Assembly: GCA_032718475.1 (NCBI GenBank)
Contig: JAUCBJ010007162.1
Location: forward strand, 1 to 64,000
DNA length: 64,000 bases
Reading direction: 5' to 3'
From: Nemertoderma westbladi
Lineage: Eukaryota > Animalia > Xenacoelomorpha
In this document: positions 36,201-47,478 of the stretch, piece by piece
Numbering within the stretch: the stretch's first letter is position 1
Layout: each line of letters begins with the position of its first letter
Made by a program: the position numbers and the translations under genes
The notes under the pieces: generated by a model
What the model was told of the DNA's origin: nothing
The model's database searches: none
What the model saw: only the letters and a program-made list of their open reading frames with translations

Positions 36201-37744
36201 GGTCAGGGTCAGGGTCAGGGTCAGGGTCAGGGTCAGGGTCAGGGTCAGGGTCAGGGTCAGGGTCAGGGTCAGGGTCAGGGTCAGGGTCAGGGTCAGGGTC
36301 AGGGTCAGGGTCAGGGTCAGGGTCAGGGTCAGGGTCAGGGTCAGGGTCAGGGTCAGGGTCAGGGTCAGGGTCAGGGTCAGGGTCAGGGTCAGGGTCAGGG
36401 TCAGGGTCAGGGTCAGGGTCAGGGTCAGGGTCAGGGTCAGGGTCAGGGTCAGGGTCAGGGTCAGGGTCAGGGTCAGGGTCAGGGTCAGGGTCAGGGTCAG
36501 GGTCAGGGTCAGGGTCAGGGTCAGGGTCAGGGTCAGGGTCAGGGTCAGGGTCAGGGTCAGGGTCAGGGTCAGGGTCAGGGTCAGGGTCAGGGTCAGGGTC
36601 AGGGTCAGGGTCAGGGTCAGGGTCAGGGTCAGGGTCAGGGTCAGGGTCAGGGTCAGGGTCAGGGTCAGGGTCAGGGTCAGGGTCAGGGTCAGGGTCAGGG
36701 TCAGGGTCAGGGTCAGGGTCAGGGTCAGGGTCAGGGTCAGGGTCAGGGTCAGGGTCAGGGTCAGGGTCAGGGTCAGGGTCAGGGTCAGGGTCAGGGTCAG
36801 GGTCAGGGTCAGGGTCAGGGTCAGGGTCAGGGTCAGGGTCAGGGTCAGGGTCAGGGTCAGGGTCAGGGTCAGGGTCAGGGTCAGGGTCAGGGTCAGGGTC
36901 AGGGTCAGGGTCAGAGTCAGAGTCAGAGTCAGAGTCAGAGTCAGAGTCAGGGTCAGGGTCAGGGTCAGGGTCAGGGTCAGGGTCAGGGTCAGGGTCAGGG
37001 TCAGGGTCAGGGTCAGGGTCAGGGTCAGGGTCAGGGTCAGGGTCAGGGTCAGGGTCAGGGTCAGGGTCAGGGTCAGGGTCAGGGTCAGGGTCAGGGTCAG
37101 GGTCAGGGTCAGGGTCAGGGTCAGGGTCAGGGTCAGGGTCAGGGTCAGGGTCAGGGTCAGGGTCAGGGTCAGGGTCAGGGTCAGGGTCAGGGTCAGGGTC
37201 AGGGTCAGGGTCAGGGTCAGGGTCAGGGTCAGGGTCAGGGTCAGGGTCAGGGTCAGGGTCAGGGTCAGGGTCAGGGTCAGGGTCAGGGTCAGGGTCAGGG
37301 TCAGGGTCAGGGTCAGGGTCAGGGTCAGGGTCAGGGTCAGGGTCAGGGTCAGGGTCAGGGTCAGGGTCAGGGTCAGGGTCAGGGTCAGGGTCAGGGTCAG
37401 GGTCAGGGTCAGGGTCAGGGTCAGGGTCAGGGTCAGGGTCAGGGTCAGGGTCAGGGTCAGGGTCAGGGTCAGGGTCAGGGTCAGGGTCAGGGTCAGGGTC
37501 AGGGTCAGGGTCAGGGTCAGGGTCAGGGTCAGGGTCAGGGTCAGGGTCAGGGTCAGGGTCAGGGTCAGGGTCAGAGTCAGGGTCAGAGTCAGAGTCAGGG
37601 TCAGGGTCAGGGTCAGGGTCAGGGTCAGAGTCAGAGTCAGGGTCAGGGTCAGGGTCAGGGTCAGGGTCAGGGTCAGGGTCAGGGTCAGGGTTAGGGTCAG
37701 GGTCAGGGTCAGGGTCAGGGTCAGGGTCAGGGTCAGGGTCAGGG
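33285..37744 (+). repeat. Hexanucleotide array (GTCAGA)n/(GTCGGA)n/(GTCAGG)n, ~4.5 kb, ~740 units
   Basis: Directly visible blocks. On the minus strand it reads (Asp-Pro)n then (Asp-Ser)n, continuing from ...[13 protein letters not shown]. One 1-bp insertion near 35545 and one TTAGGG at 37691. Confidence 0.98.
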
Positions 37745-40700
37745 ACATCATCAGGCCCATTGGGTTGAGAATCTCGGGGGTTATAAGGATCCCGATAAGG
37801 ACGACCATTGTTGCCTGAGTTACGGTCCCCATCTGGGTCTCTATCTGGATATTCAGGTCGTCTCCCCGTCATGCCTGAATTTAATGGCACCTGTAGGGCC
37901 ACGGCCACCAAACCCATAGTTATTTGAGGATTCCCGTTCTGATGGATTCACTAAGGGCTGAGTATCTGCCCATTGGTGAGTGCTGTGTCGTTCGGCGTAA
38001 AATGACCCCCTTCGTGGTCCACGTGACACTTGGAATGCTTCAGTGTGTATAGGCTGGTTTCTATGCCGGGATTCAATGGGTGGGTTGAGTATATTGGAAT
38101 AGTCGATTTTTCTATATGCTCCAGCCACACATGACTGGTTTCGCAACGGTGTCTGTGCAATAGAAAACCGCGGGGTTGTTGTGCCTGCTTTAGAAACAAT
38201 CCGCTCCCTTACTTTATCAATTTTTTGGGTCCCAGTAGCAAAATCAGTACGAGTCTGGGTTTCCATGATTGGGGTACTCGCATGCTGCACCAGATGTTCG
38301 ACAGCTGTGTTGATACTAGTTAGAACTTCAGTTAGTTGTTGATGTGTCACTGGACGATCTTCAGGGATCGACGGCATAGCATTATTTTCAAAACCGCTGG
38401 TCTTAAAATTACCCCCACCCTTTTTAAAAATTCTTGTATTTTTTGGTTGAGAATGGCACGGATGGAGAGATTCCATCTCATCCGACCACTCCTCCTCAGA
38501 GTCAGTAGCTAATTTATTAAACCTCCTGCTGGAAGTAGGACATTTTGTACTGGCCAATGGTTCTATATGACAATGAGTGTATTTATTCGCTATTTGATGT
38601 AAATTCACCGTGGGCGGGATATCTACAGTAGGGGAAATAACTACTGTAGAAGGAATATCTACCGTAGGGCGATTATCTACAGTAGAAGAAACATTTACAG
38701 TAGTTGGAATATGTACTGTAGAAGGAATATCTACAATAGATAGGATATCCACAGTAGAAGGAATACGTACTGTCGATGGAATATCTACAGTAGAAGGAAT
38801 ACCTACAGTAGAAGGAATACGTACTGTAGATGGAATATCTACAGTAGAAGGAATATCTACAGTAGAAGGAATACGTACTGTAGATGGAATATCTGCAGTG
38901 GAAGGAATATCTACAGTAGAAGGAATACGTACTGTAGATGGAATATCTACAGTGGAAGGAATACCTACAGTAGAAGGAATACGTACTGTAGATGGAATAT
39001 CTACAGTAGAAGGAATATCTACAGTAGAAGGAATACGTACTGTAGATGGAATATCTGCAGTGGAAGGAATATCTACAGTAGAAGGAATACGTACTGTAGA
39101 TGGAATATCTACAGTGGAAGGAATATCTACAGAAGACGGAATACGTACTGTAGATGGAATATCTACAGTGGAAGGAATATCTACAGTAGAAGGAATACGT
39201 ACTGTAGATGGAATATCTACAGTGGAAGGAATATCTACAGAAGAAGGAATACGTACTGTAGATGGAATATCTACAGTGGAAGGAATATCCACAGTAGAAG
39301 GAATACGTACTGTAGATGGAATATCTACAGTGGAAGGAATATCTACAGTAGAAGGAATACGTACTGTAGATGGAATATCTACAGTAGAAGGAATATCTAC
39401 AGTAGAAGGAATATCTACTGTAGGTGGGATATCATAGTCTAATAAAGTGTTAGAACTCTGTCTAGAGTTATTCAGAATACGGCTGTCAGGATACAGAATT
39501 TCACAATTTGTGGATAATTCCACCAATGACATTGGTGGTGCCTCCAGGTCTACAATGGCATCTGTTTCCAAGGCGTTATTGCACACTGGTTTCCAGACGC
39601 TGCCTGTAGTCATCGTGTTGACTCCGGTAACGTGCATGTTGCAAATCAATTTCTTCTTTACGTCTGTTTGCTCGTTCCGATATTTCAGCTTTCTTCAAAA
39701 GCTCCCTCTCGACTCGTTCCACCTCTTCCTTCCTTTGCCGAGCCCGCCGCTCAATTTCTCTTATCTTCTGCTTAGCTTGCCATACTCTTTGCTGCTCGTC
39801 TTCCTCTGCCTCATGCAGAGTCTGTCGTTCAGCTTCCTTTCGGCGTTCGATCTCCCTTCTCTTCTGCTTAGCTAGCCATACTCTTTGCTGCTCGTCTTCC
39901 TCTGCATCATGCAAAGCTTGGCGTTCAGCTTCCTTGGCATGCTCGATACGATCAGCCGCCTGGGAAACCAGAAGCTCATTCTCCAGTTGTCTGTTTTCTC
40001 TCTCTGCAGAATGTAACAGGCGCAAAGCCTCCTCAGCTTGTCGATTTGCCAATATCGATATATTTCCCTCTGCTACCCTTCTAAGTCTAGCTGATTTTGT
40101 GGAACTAGTCCTAGAAATATTAGATGTTACAGCTGACAGTCTACCAATACTACCGCCCCCCTCTGGTTCAATTTCCGTTCGGTGTAGTCTGGACCTCTGA
40201 GTAATTAAATTTGGAGACAGTAAGTCTGAGGTCGTGTCGTGCTGTCGTGTTACTGGATTTATATGAGTAGGACGAGGAATGGAAGAGAAAGGCATTGGAA
40301 ATTTATCCCATGTTAATGATTGTGCCGGACTATGGATTACCATAGCTGTTCCTGTACTCACCTCCGACACCTCAACTACAGGATCTACATGGTGTGAACT
40401 GACCCAGTTTACTAACTTTTGATACCTACCACGACAACTTACGTGTTTCGAATAAGCTTGTTGGAATTCGTTAGCATTTCCTCCTTCAGTCTCATAATAA
40501 AGCGACTGCTTCCGATATTGTTTTAGAACCTGGTCCCATCTGGTATTCATTCTATCCAGCTTTCTAAGAAATTCTTCACCGCACTCACCTGGATTAGTTG
40601 TTCTTCTTCGCTGCTCCAATTCCAATATATCGACATTCATGTTGTGATAAAGTTGTCCCAGACTACGGTTGATAGCCGCAATGTCGACGGTGTTCGTAGC

Positions 40701-40994
40701 TGATCTAGGATGGTTTGAGAGTCGAGACGGACGAGTTCTTTCAGTATTGAGACCGTCCCCGGGCCCGGCAGCAGCGGTTTGGCGTAGCGATTCCCGGTTA
40801 GAACTCGGCTCACGAATAAGAGTTTCATTGAGAGATATTAAGCTCCCTCCGATCGATATATTGTCATCGCTTGGTATGTTGGGCACATTTCTTGACTCCT
40901 CCATTTCCCTTTGTGGGCTTAAAGGAAGATTCATGATAGGCTGACCATCCGTAGAAGGGATGGCATCTAGTCTAGGGGGTGTATGATTTGACAT
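37745..40994 (-). pseudogene. Element C gag-like ORF (N-terminal, coiled-coil and linker part), two frameshifts
   Basis: Overlapping ORFs 39576..40994, 37853..39649 and 35542..37917. A Ser/Arg-rich SNISRTSSTKSARLRR segment followed by a coiled coil resembles BEL/Pao Gag N-termini and element B's layout. No capsid core, knuckle or pol motifs seen, so the family assignment is an inference. Confidence 0.65.
38610..39430 (-). repeat. In-frame 18-bp minisatellite (PSTVDI/PSTVRI) with 54-bp higher-order period
   Basis: About 45 units visible in ORF 37853..39649. Confidence 0.95.
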
Positions 40995-41930
40995 TATTTT
41001 ATTGAAATTATATTTCTTTACTTAGTTTGACTTAGTTATTTAAAATTGGTTCACTTTAATGTTTCTCTAATTTAAATTTAAAATTAAATTTAAATTATAT
41101 TCCGTGGTATCTAAAATGTATAAAATTAACACTGCAATTGGCAACCTGTAGAACAAATGAATACCTACAGTAAATAAAGGAAAAATAACCTGTAGTATTA
41201 AAATATAATTAACTTATAAATCGAGATGACACCAAGGTAGTAGTCATCAAACCAAACCAGTCTAGATTTGGCTCTATGGGGCGCTATACGCGGATATTTA
41301 AAACTATGGATCACTATTTATACGTTACTTATTAGCTTCAGTGGTGCCTTCACTAATATGTTAAGTGATATAAATCAAATTATAACCTAAAAAAAATAGA
41401 AATAAATTATAATACGAGGTTCAAACCTGACCCCGGTCCCAAAATACACCTGGTTTGTAATGGAGACACTTTACAAACCAGGGGTGAACGTAGAAGTACC
41501 TTCTCACCCTCCGGCGTCGCGTGGCGATAAATCTTCTTGCAAACTCAAACCTGGCCCAAGAGAGAGTCCCTGCCCTACCAAGTCATCGGTCCCCGAGACC
41601 GATTCATGTTCAAATAGAGCCCACCGACAAAGAAGGAAAAGGTAAGACTAAACGTTGAGAGTCAGGAAAGCATAGAAAAATATAACCTACAGTTGTAATA
41701 ATTGCACCACAATTAAAACAGAAAGTTATACTTATCGTTAGTTTTCCTTCGCCTCCGATAGAAGATGAGAGTTTGAAAACTTGAGAGTTTGAGAACTTGA
41801 GAAACTTGAGAACCTTATGAACTTCAGAGAATTTGGAGACTTTTGAGAGCGTGCGACACTTGAGAATTTGTTAACTTCAGAGAACTTTGAAAACTTAGAG
41901 AACTTCAGATTGTGAGAAACTTGAGAACTG

Positions 41931-42015
41931 TTAAATTCACTGTTCCAGTAGCCCATTAAATTCACTGTTCCAGTAGACCATTAAATTCACTGTTCCAGTA
42001 GACCATTAAATTCAC
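41931..42015 (-). promoter_or_regulatory. Element C PBS-position region: 25-bp tandem repeat carrying ACA-GTGAATTTAATGG
   Basis: 13-mer at 42003-42015, 41978-41990 and 41953-41965, partial at 41931-41940. Its complement lies in the LTRs at 42143-42155 and 32156-32168. Confidence 0.8.
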
Positions 42016-42480
42016 TGTATGCTATACCGGGCATAATCCGGGGTCTTTTCCCCTAATTTGGAATCTTATCCAACGGAGCGTTGCAAATAACTTGAGTTTA
42101 TAAAAGGACAGTATAATAATAATATATAACTTGAAACAGCTCGTGAATTTAATGGCTCCTTAGGGGAGACCATTAGTTTTAGTAACAAAGTAATAAAACT
42201 GCACAACTTCTATCTATGAATAAAACCAATGAATGTTTAATATATATGAAGTATTATGCTACCAATATTAGCCCAGTAAGAATACTTAATCCCCAATATC
42301 CAATAGGAGGTCGTTTCCTTGTCCCCAGCTTACATTAATGGTTGATGCACCAGTACTGCCTGGTAGAAGGGGATAATTGGTGTTTCAAAACAGCTGATGA
42401 GTAGGTAACAATACAGATTGGGTTTGGCATTTTCCTATAGGGGTTAGATGAATTGAATGTATTTTATGGAACCGAATACA
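42016..42480 (-). repeat. Element C 5' LTR
   Basis: Direct repeat of 32019-32492. Confidence 0.95.
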
Positions 42481-44381
42481 GTTAGGGTAGTATATGTACC
42501 AATAGTTCTAGGCTCTGATAGGTTGTTATTATTAGTTACAAATATTATCAGTAGCAGTAACAATATATGACTAAGTGGTGTTTGAGTAATCTATTACATG
42601 CATTGTATTCACTCCAAGAAGATTCTAGCACAATTATATTAGTGGTTCGTCTATAGCGATTAAACCCTGTACAACTTTATGCACAATGGATAAACAATAT
42701 AACACAGTTGTGTATATCAATGGCATAGCTTGAGCAACATGTTGTTGTGACTGTTTGTCTGCAAGGCCTTAATTGCTATCTTTCCTTTAATATGTAGCAG
42801 TCCCTGTATTGGTGTATGATAGTAACTGCCGAGAAAATGGCTGATGGCTAATAAGGTGGTATAATGAATTCTGTGATGGTGAAGTGCATATAAGGATAAT
42901 CCCATAAAAGGAATCCCACCAATGTCACCACTAGACAAAGTTGCTTTATAAAAATAATGATAATAATCAGAAAGCTGTATAAGAAAATCAATCACAGAAA
43001 GGAGTAAGTTTTTTATGTTCTCAACAACCTTGAGAGATTGTTGCGTTTAGCGTTGATCGCGAATTGCACACAAAGATATATTTTGCCGCAAAAGCTTTTA
43101 CATAACCAGCTTATTTAGGGATATCTTCATAAATTCACTGCGATATATGTATTGAAATGTGCCTCATTTGTAGAATTTTCGAAATTCAATTTACAACCTC
43201 ACAGCTTGCATCATCATATAGCTTTCCTCACGAAGACGCTTTGCATCATTGATTAATTACAAGGGATTAACACTGAACTACAATTGCGTATAAAGAGTAT
43301 ATGCAAGATAGGAGGAACATTACATTGTGTTACTTACTCGGACAGGATTATACAATATTATCACATCACAGCGTGTCACCGTTGGTATGTATTAGACATT
43401 ATATCCTTTGTTATATGGTTCATTCCATACTAAAATTGTACTGCGAAACATCACGCAGTTTACAAATAATATATTGTTACAGGTTTGCATTAATTTACCG
43501 CAGTAATAATCACATATTTATAAAAGTTACAATTTTATTTTATACCATGCCAGAAGCATGCTCATCAACTGTTTCAGCAATCTGACCGTAACAGGAATAC
43601 CGGTAAGAGTTGGTCACGGTACTGATTCCAGAGGTCCATAGGAGTATAATATGCATATATACAGTATATAAATGGTTTATATTTTAACTTACACTATCAA
43701 CATACTTCATTTGCAAATGAAATGAGTTGTGATTCTGGCTTCACAAAAATCCTAATCACATCCGCCGAAGGGCAAGAGTTAAGCGAAAAAGAGAGTTGGT
43801 GCAGGTTGAGCTTTTTACAAGTATAGTTTGATTTGATTCCATTTAGACCCACTTTATTGTGTTGTGGGGCTCTGAGCTACGGAGATAATGAGCAAGGAAG
43901 CTGGGTTTATTGATTTAGATTATAGATTTGGTCATTTACCAAGATTTCCTAGGTCGTCTTCATTGTCTGCTGCTATCACAGTATGACAGGTTCACAAAGA
44001 TCAAATTGGGTCTAATTTTGACTTAGAGAATTGTGAGGGCAGTAAGGGCAATCTTAGCCACAGGAAACCAACCACTTTGATCAATTTTTTATCAACTTTG
44101 ATTACTTTGTCTTTTTCACATTTCTTTGCAGCATTCGAAATTCCCATTGTCCACAGTCATATTTCAGTTGCAACAGTAGCTTATTCATCAACCATATATT
44201 AATCTTTGCAGCTGGATGGAACCATGTTAATAGGAAGCTCACGGATAAGAGGTTCTGAAGAAGTGCTGACGTCAGATTGCTTCCTCCAAATGACACATCT
44301 TTCTAATTGGTCTTTTGTAGATACCAACAAAAGTTTTGACTTCAGTGGATCGAACCAATCCAGATTTATCTGGGAACGTCT

Positions 44382-45418
44382 TTATGAATTTAGTTGTAGA
44401 ACATCTTCATGAAGAAGGACAACATCATCGACCTGGAGATTTACACGTTTTTGATGCCACTTGCGACGAATCTGGAGCGTGCTGATGTACTTCCTGAGCC
44501 ACTTGTTCCAGACGTCGTTCGATATAAGTCGCGCCTGCCTCCAGCTCGTAGGTGTCACTGTCGTCAAATGGTCCGGGAGGGTAATTATAGGAGGGACATT
44601 GGATAAGTAAGTTATTGGGTGTTAAGATGTTGTTACAGTTACAGTACAGATGGGCCTGCTATTTACAATAGATTCAGCCTCAGCTAAAGTAGTTAAAAGT
44701 ACATCATCTGTAACTGGGGCATCTTGCAGTAGGCCGTACAGAATTTATTTAGTAATTTTAACTAATCTCTCAAAAACTCCACCCATATGAGGTGCCCCTG
44801 CTGGAGGAATATAACACCATGTTACTCCTATAATGGTTTTAAATCTAAAATGAATTTTTCAGACCAGAGCTCAATGTTTTGTTTCATTTTTGAGTCGACA
44901 CCAACAAAGTTGGATCCATTATCAGACAATATATCCTTAGGAGTACCTCGACGTGCAATATGACACCTGAGTGGGTTGATGAAGGCATCTTCTGATGCAT
45001 CACCAGCAATATCTAAAGATATACAGCGTGAGAGTATAAACATGTATAAAGAATGCCATAACGCTTCATAGTAGAAGTACTACGATTTTTTCGATACTTG
45101 ACTTGTAAAGGGTTAAACATGTCTACTACAGAGTAAGTAAATGGGGGAACATATGGAGTGAGACGAGACTTAGGTAAAGGTGCCATGAGCTGTTCCATCC
45201 TACGAGCAGTCGAGCATGTTTCTTACGACAAAGAAAACATTTACAGAACGGGATAATGACTGGAGTCCGATTATCCAGCATTTTTCATGAATTATGATGG
45301 TGACCTGGTCACGTCCAGCTTGGCCAGATTTTACTTGAGTGCTCCAAACCAATATTTTTGCAAGGGGGTGTGAATTCGAAAGAATGATTGCATAGGCAGC
45401 ATCAAATGAAACTGGCGC
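44382..45418 (-). pseudogene. BEL/Pao integrase remnant
   Basis: Fragments QLMAPLPKSRLTPYVPPFTY..VD, HIARRGTPKDILSDNGSNFVG and WNKWLRKYISTLQIRRKW...LQVDDVVLL are the BEL/Pao integrase core and C-terminal domain. Frameshifted. Confidence 0.9.
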
Positions 45419-46848
45419 TGTCAAGGCTTTTACAGGTGGCTAACCCTACATCAGCCAAAGGAGTTCGTTTGTAGCCCTTGTGAGTACTATCAAATGCCTT
45501 GGGATACCTGCCGCATAGCAGGAGTACTCACGAATGTTTGTATATTTATATATTATCTAATATATATATCTGGTCTGGACGTATGATTAATTACTTCAAG
45601 TGTAAGCGTGACTTATTTATATAGCAAGTAGGACGCTATATTGAATCTAGTGCGTGGTAAGCACACAGTTCACTCGTACTGAACACATTATAGTATTAAT
45701 AAATTATAGTTACAAGTTGGGGAATAATATTGCAGTATTACGGATGCCTACACTCGCACTAAATGAACCGAATCTATTACAGACAGGTCACAGTAAGCAC
45801 TCACTGGGTGGAAGGCAAAATGGTATGATCCTTGGTCTTGTATCTTCATAAACAACATAGACAAATAATATACACAAATAATATAAACAGGAAGTTACAC
45901 GTTCGTGGGGCCTTCGCGCAGGACGAGGCTCAGTTATCAGATACAGATTAAAATTGAGCGATAGGCTATAATTTACTATACCATACTCAGGTGTTGAAAT
46001 TACGCCAAGCGCGCCAGCATGGTAGAATACGGGCTGATGGGCGTCAGTATTACAGCCGCCAAATGAAGGTTTTACCGGCAAAGCCTCATAAAATAATCAA
46101 AAACGGCCCTTAACGCATTCCAAATCTTTATCCGGGACATAGGGAATGTGTTCATTGTCTTTGAGGATGCTCAAGATAATTACTCAGACCATGTCTCTGT
46201 GGTGTCATCATTTAAAGCTTATTTGATCCTGATCCCCCTGTACACAAAAAGCAACATTCCCATTATTCTATAAAGATACTGAGACAGGCTCGATGCTGGA
46301 GTATTAGTTACTGAAACGATTTAAACAGTGTTTAAAGATTCTGTCAACTCAGAAATATCAAAGATATCACCTACGTGATCTGGCAACTTACAAGAGAGAG
46401 AAATGAACCTTGATCATCTCAATATGTTTGATTATGAGACAATCCAGCAGTATCGAATGCAGCCAGGAAATAAATCCCTACCATTAAGTGAATAAAGCCT
46501 TCAGAGAATGTAAAATGGTCTTTCACCATAGTGTCAAGGTCACAACTCTGGTGCAAGCATGGAAGATAATTGGAAAATGAGTTAGTAGCTATGAGTACTA
46601 GGTGGAAGGAAGAACCACATTTCCACTGTCCGAGTTCGCTCGCCCTAGTAGTAAATTTCTATATATGCTTTCTATATGTAATAATATTGCTTCAATAACA
46701 TTCATTATATATATATATATATATATATTATATATTATTGAACAAATTCATAGTTAACTAATCCATAGATTCTTAGAACTGTTATATAACTGTATTGGAA
46801 CTGATAAATAACTTTAGTTTCAATATTTTGGTTAAAAGTGGTGATATA

Positions 46849-47478
46849 ATGCAATTAATTGCAACAGCATTTCTTCCTTTTCTCATACGAATTACTTACA
46901 GCAATGATTGTCTAAATTCCTTTAACTGGGCAGTATCTTCGGCCAACAAAGACCTACAAGACAGATACGTACGTATAGTGGCAAGGTATATAGAAGTCAA
47001 TAATGCCGAATATTCGTATTATACGGAGAGGTATGGAATTTCAACGGATTGCGCTGTTTGTAGCGACTTGAGATACCAAGTAAGGGGTTACTCAGATAGG
47101 AATGATGCGATTTCTCTGGAAATTGTGCTCAAGAAATGCCATGGGGATTTGGTAGATTGCCTAGCCATGGACGAGTACGCGTGTGAATCCTTTCGCACAT
47201 ACATGCTTCCAGCCGCCAAGTCAGAGGAAATTGAAAAGGACATCGTTTTCTTTGGGCTGGCAGTGAGAAGGGCAGTGGTGAGTGAGCTCAGAGATTTATA
47301 CGAGGCGTGTCAGCAGAATTGCTGCAATAGAACATGTTCGGAACCAGAATGGGAGTTCGACGTCATGAAGACAACAACTACTACAGTGGCCACTCCCTCT
47401 GTTGTTTCAGAAAGCGGTTCCGATGATGTCACAGCCATGGTATGGTTGATTGGGCTTCTTGCGTTGGTTCTAGTTTAA
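46849..47478 (+). CDS. Single-exon Cys-rich secreted protein, probably GPI- or membrane-anchored (209 aa, family unknown)
   Basis: ATG at 46849, hydrophobic N-terminus MQLIATAFLPFLIRITYS, 10 Cys, Thr/Ser stalk (KTTTTTVATPS) and hydrophobic C-terminus (MVWLIGLLALVLV). AATAAA at 47533-47538. Confidence 0.75.
   Translation: MQLIATAFLPFLIRITYSNDCLNSFNWAVSSANKDLQDRYVRIVARYIEVNNAEYSYYTERYGISTDCAVCSDLRYQVRGYSDRNDAISLEIVLKKCHGDLVDCLAMDEYACESFRTYMLPAAKSEEIEKDIVFFGLAVRRAVVSELRDLYEACQQNCCNRTCSEPEWEFDVMKTTTTTVATPSVVSESGSDDVTAMVWLIGLLALVLV

Larger units (their letters stand above)
32019..42480 (-). mobile_element. Element C: non-autonomous LTR retrotransposon (10.5 kb), gag-like N-terminal half only
   Basis: LTRs 32019-32492 (474 bp) and 42016-42480 (465 bp), TG...CA, differing by a few substitutions and small indels. 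TSD GTTAG at 32014-32018 and 42481-42485. Purine-rich AAAAAATTAGGGGAC before the 3' LTR. Confidence 0.93.

Noticed and set aside
33270-37832. 1474-aa (+) and 1516-aa (-) ORFs and a resemblance to bacterial Ser-Asp repeat adhesins
   Set aside because: These are by-products of the hexamer array. The context is a eukaryotic LTR element with no signal peptide or LPXTG motif.
38610-39437. 275-aa plus-strand ORF (GISTVE repeats)
   Set aside because: It is the antisense shadow of the 18-bp coding minisatellite.
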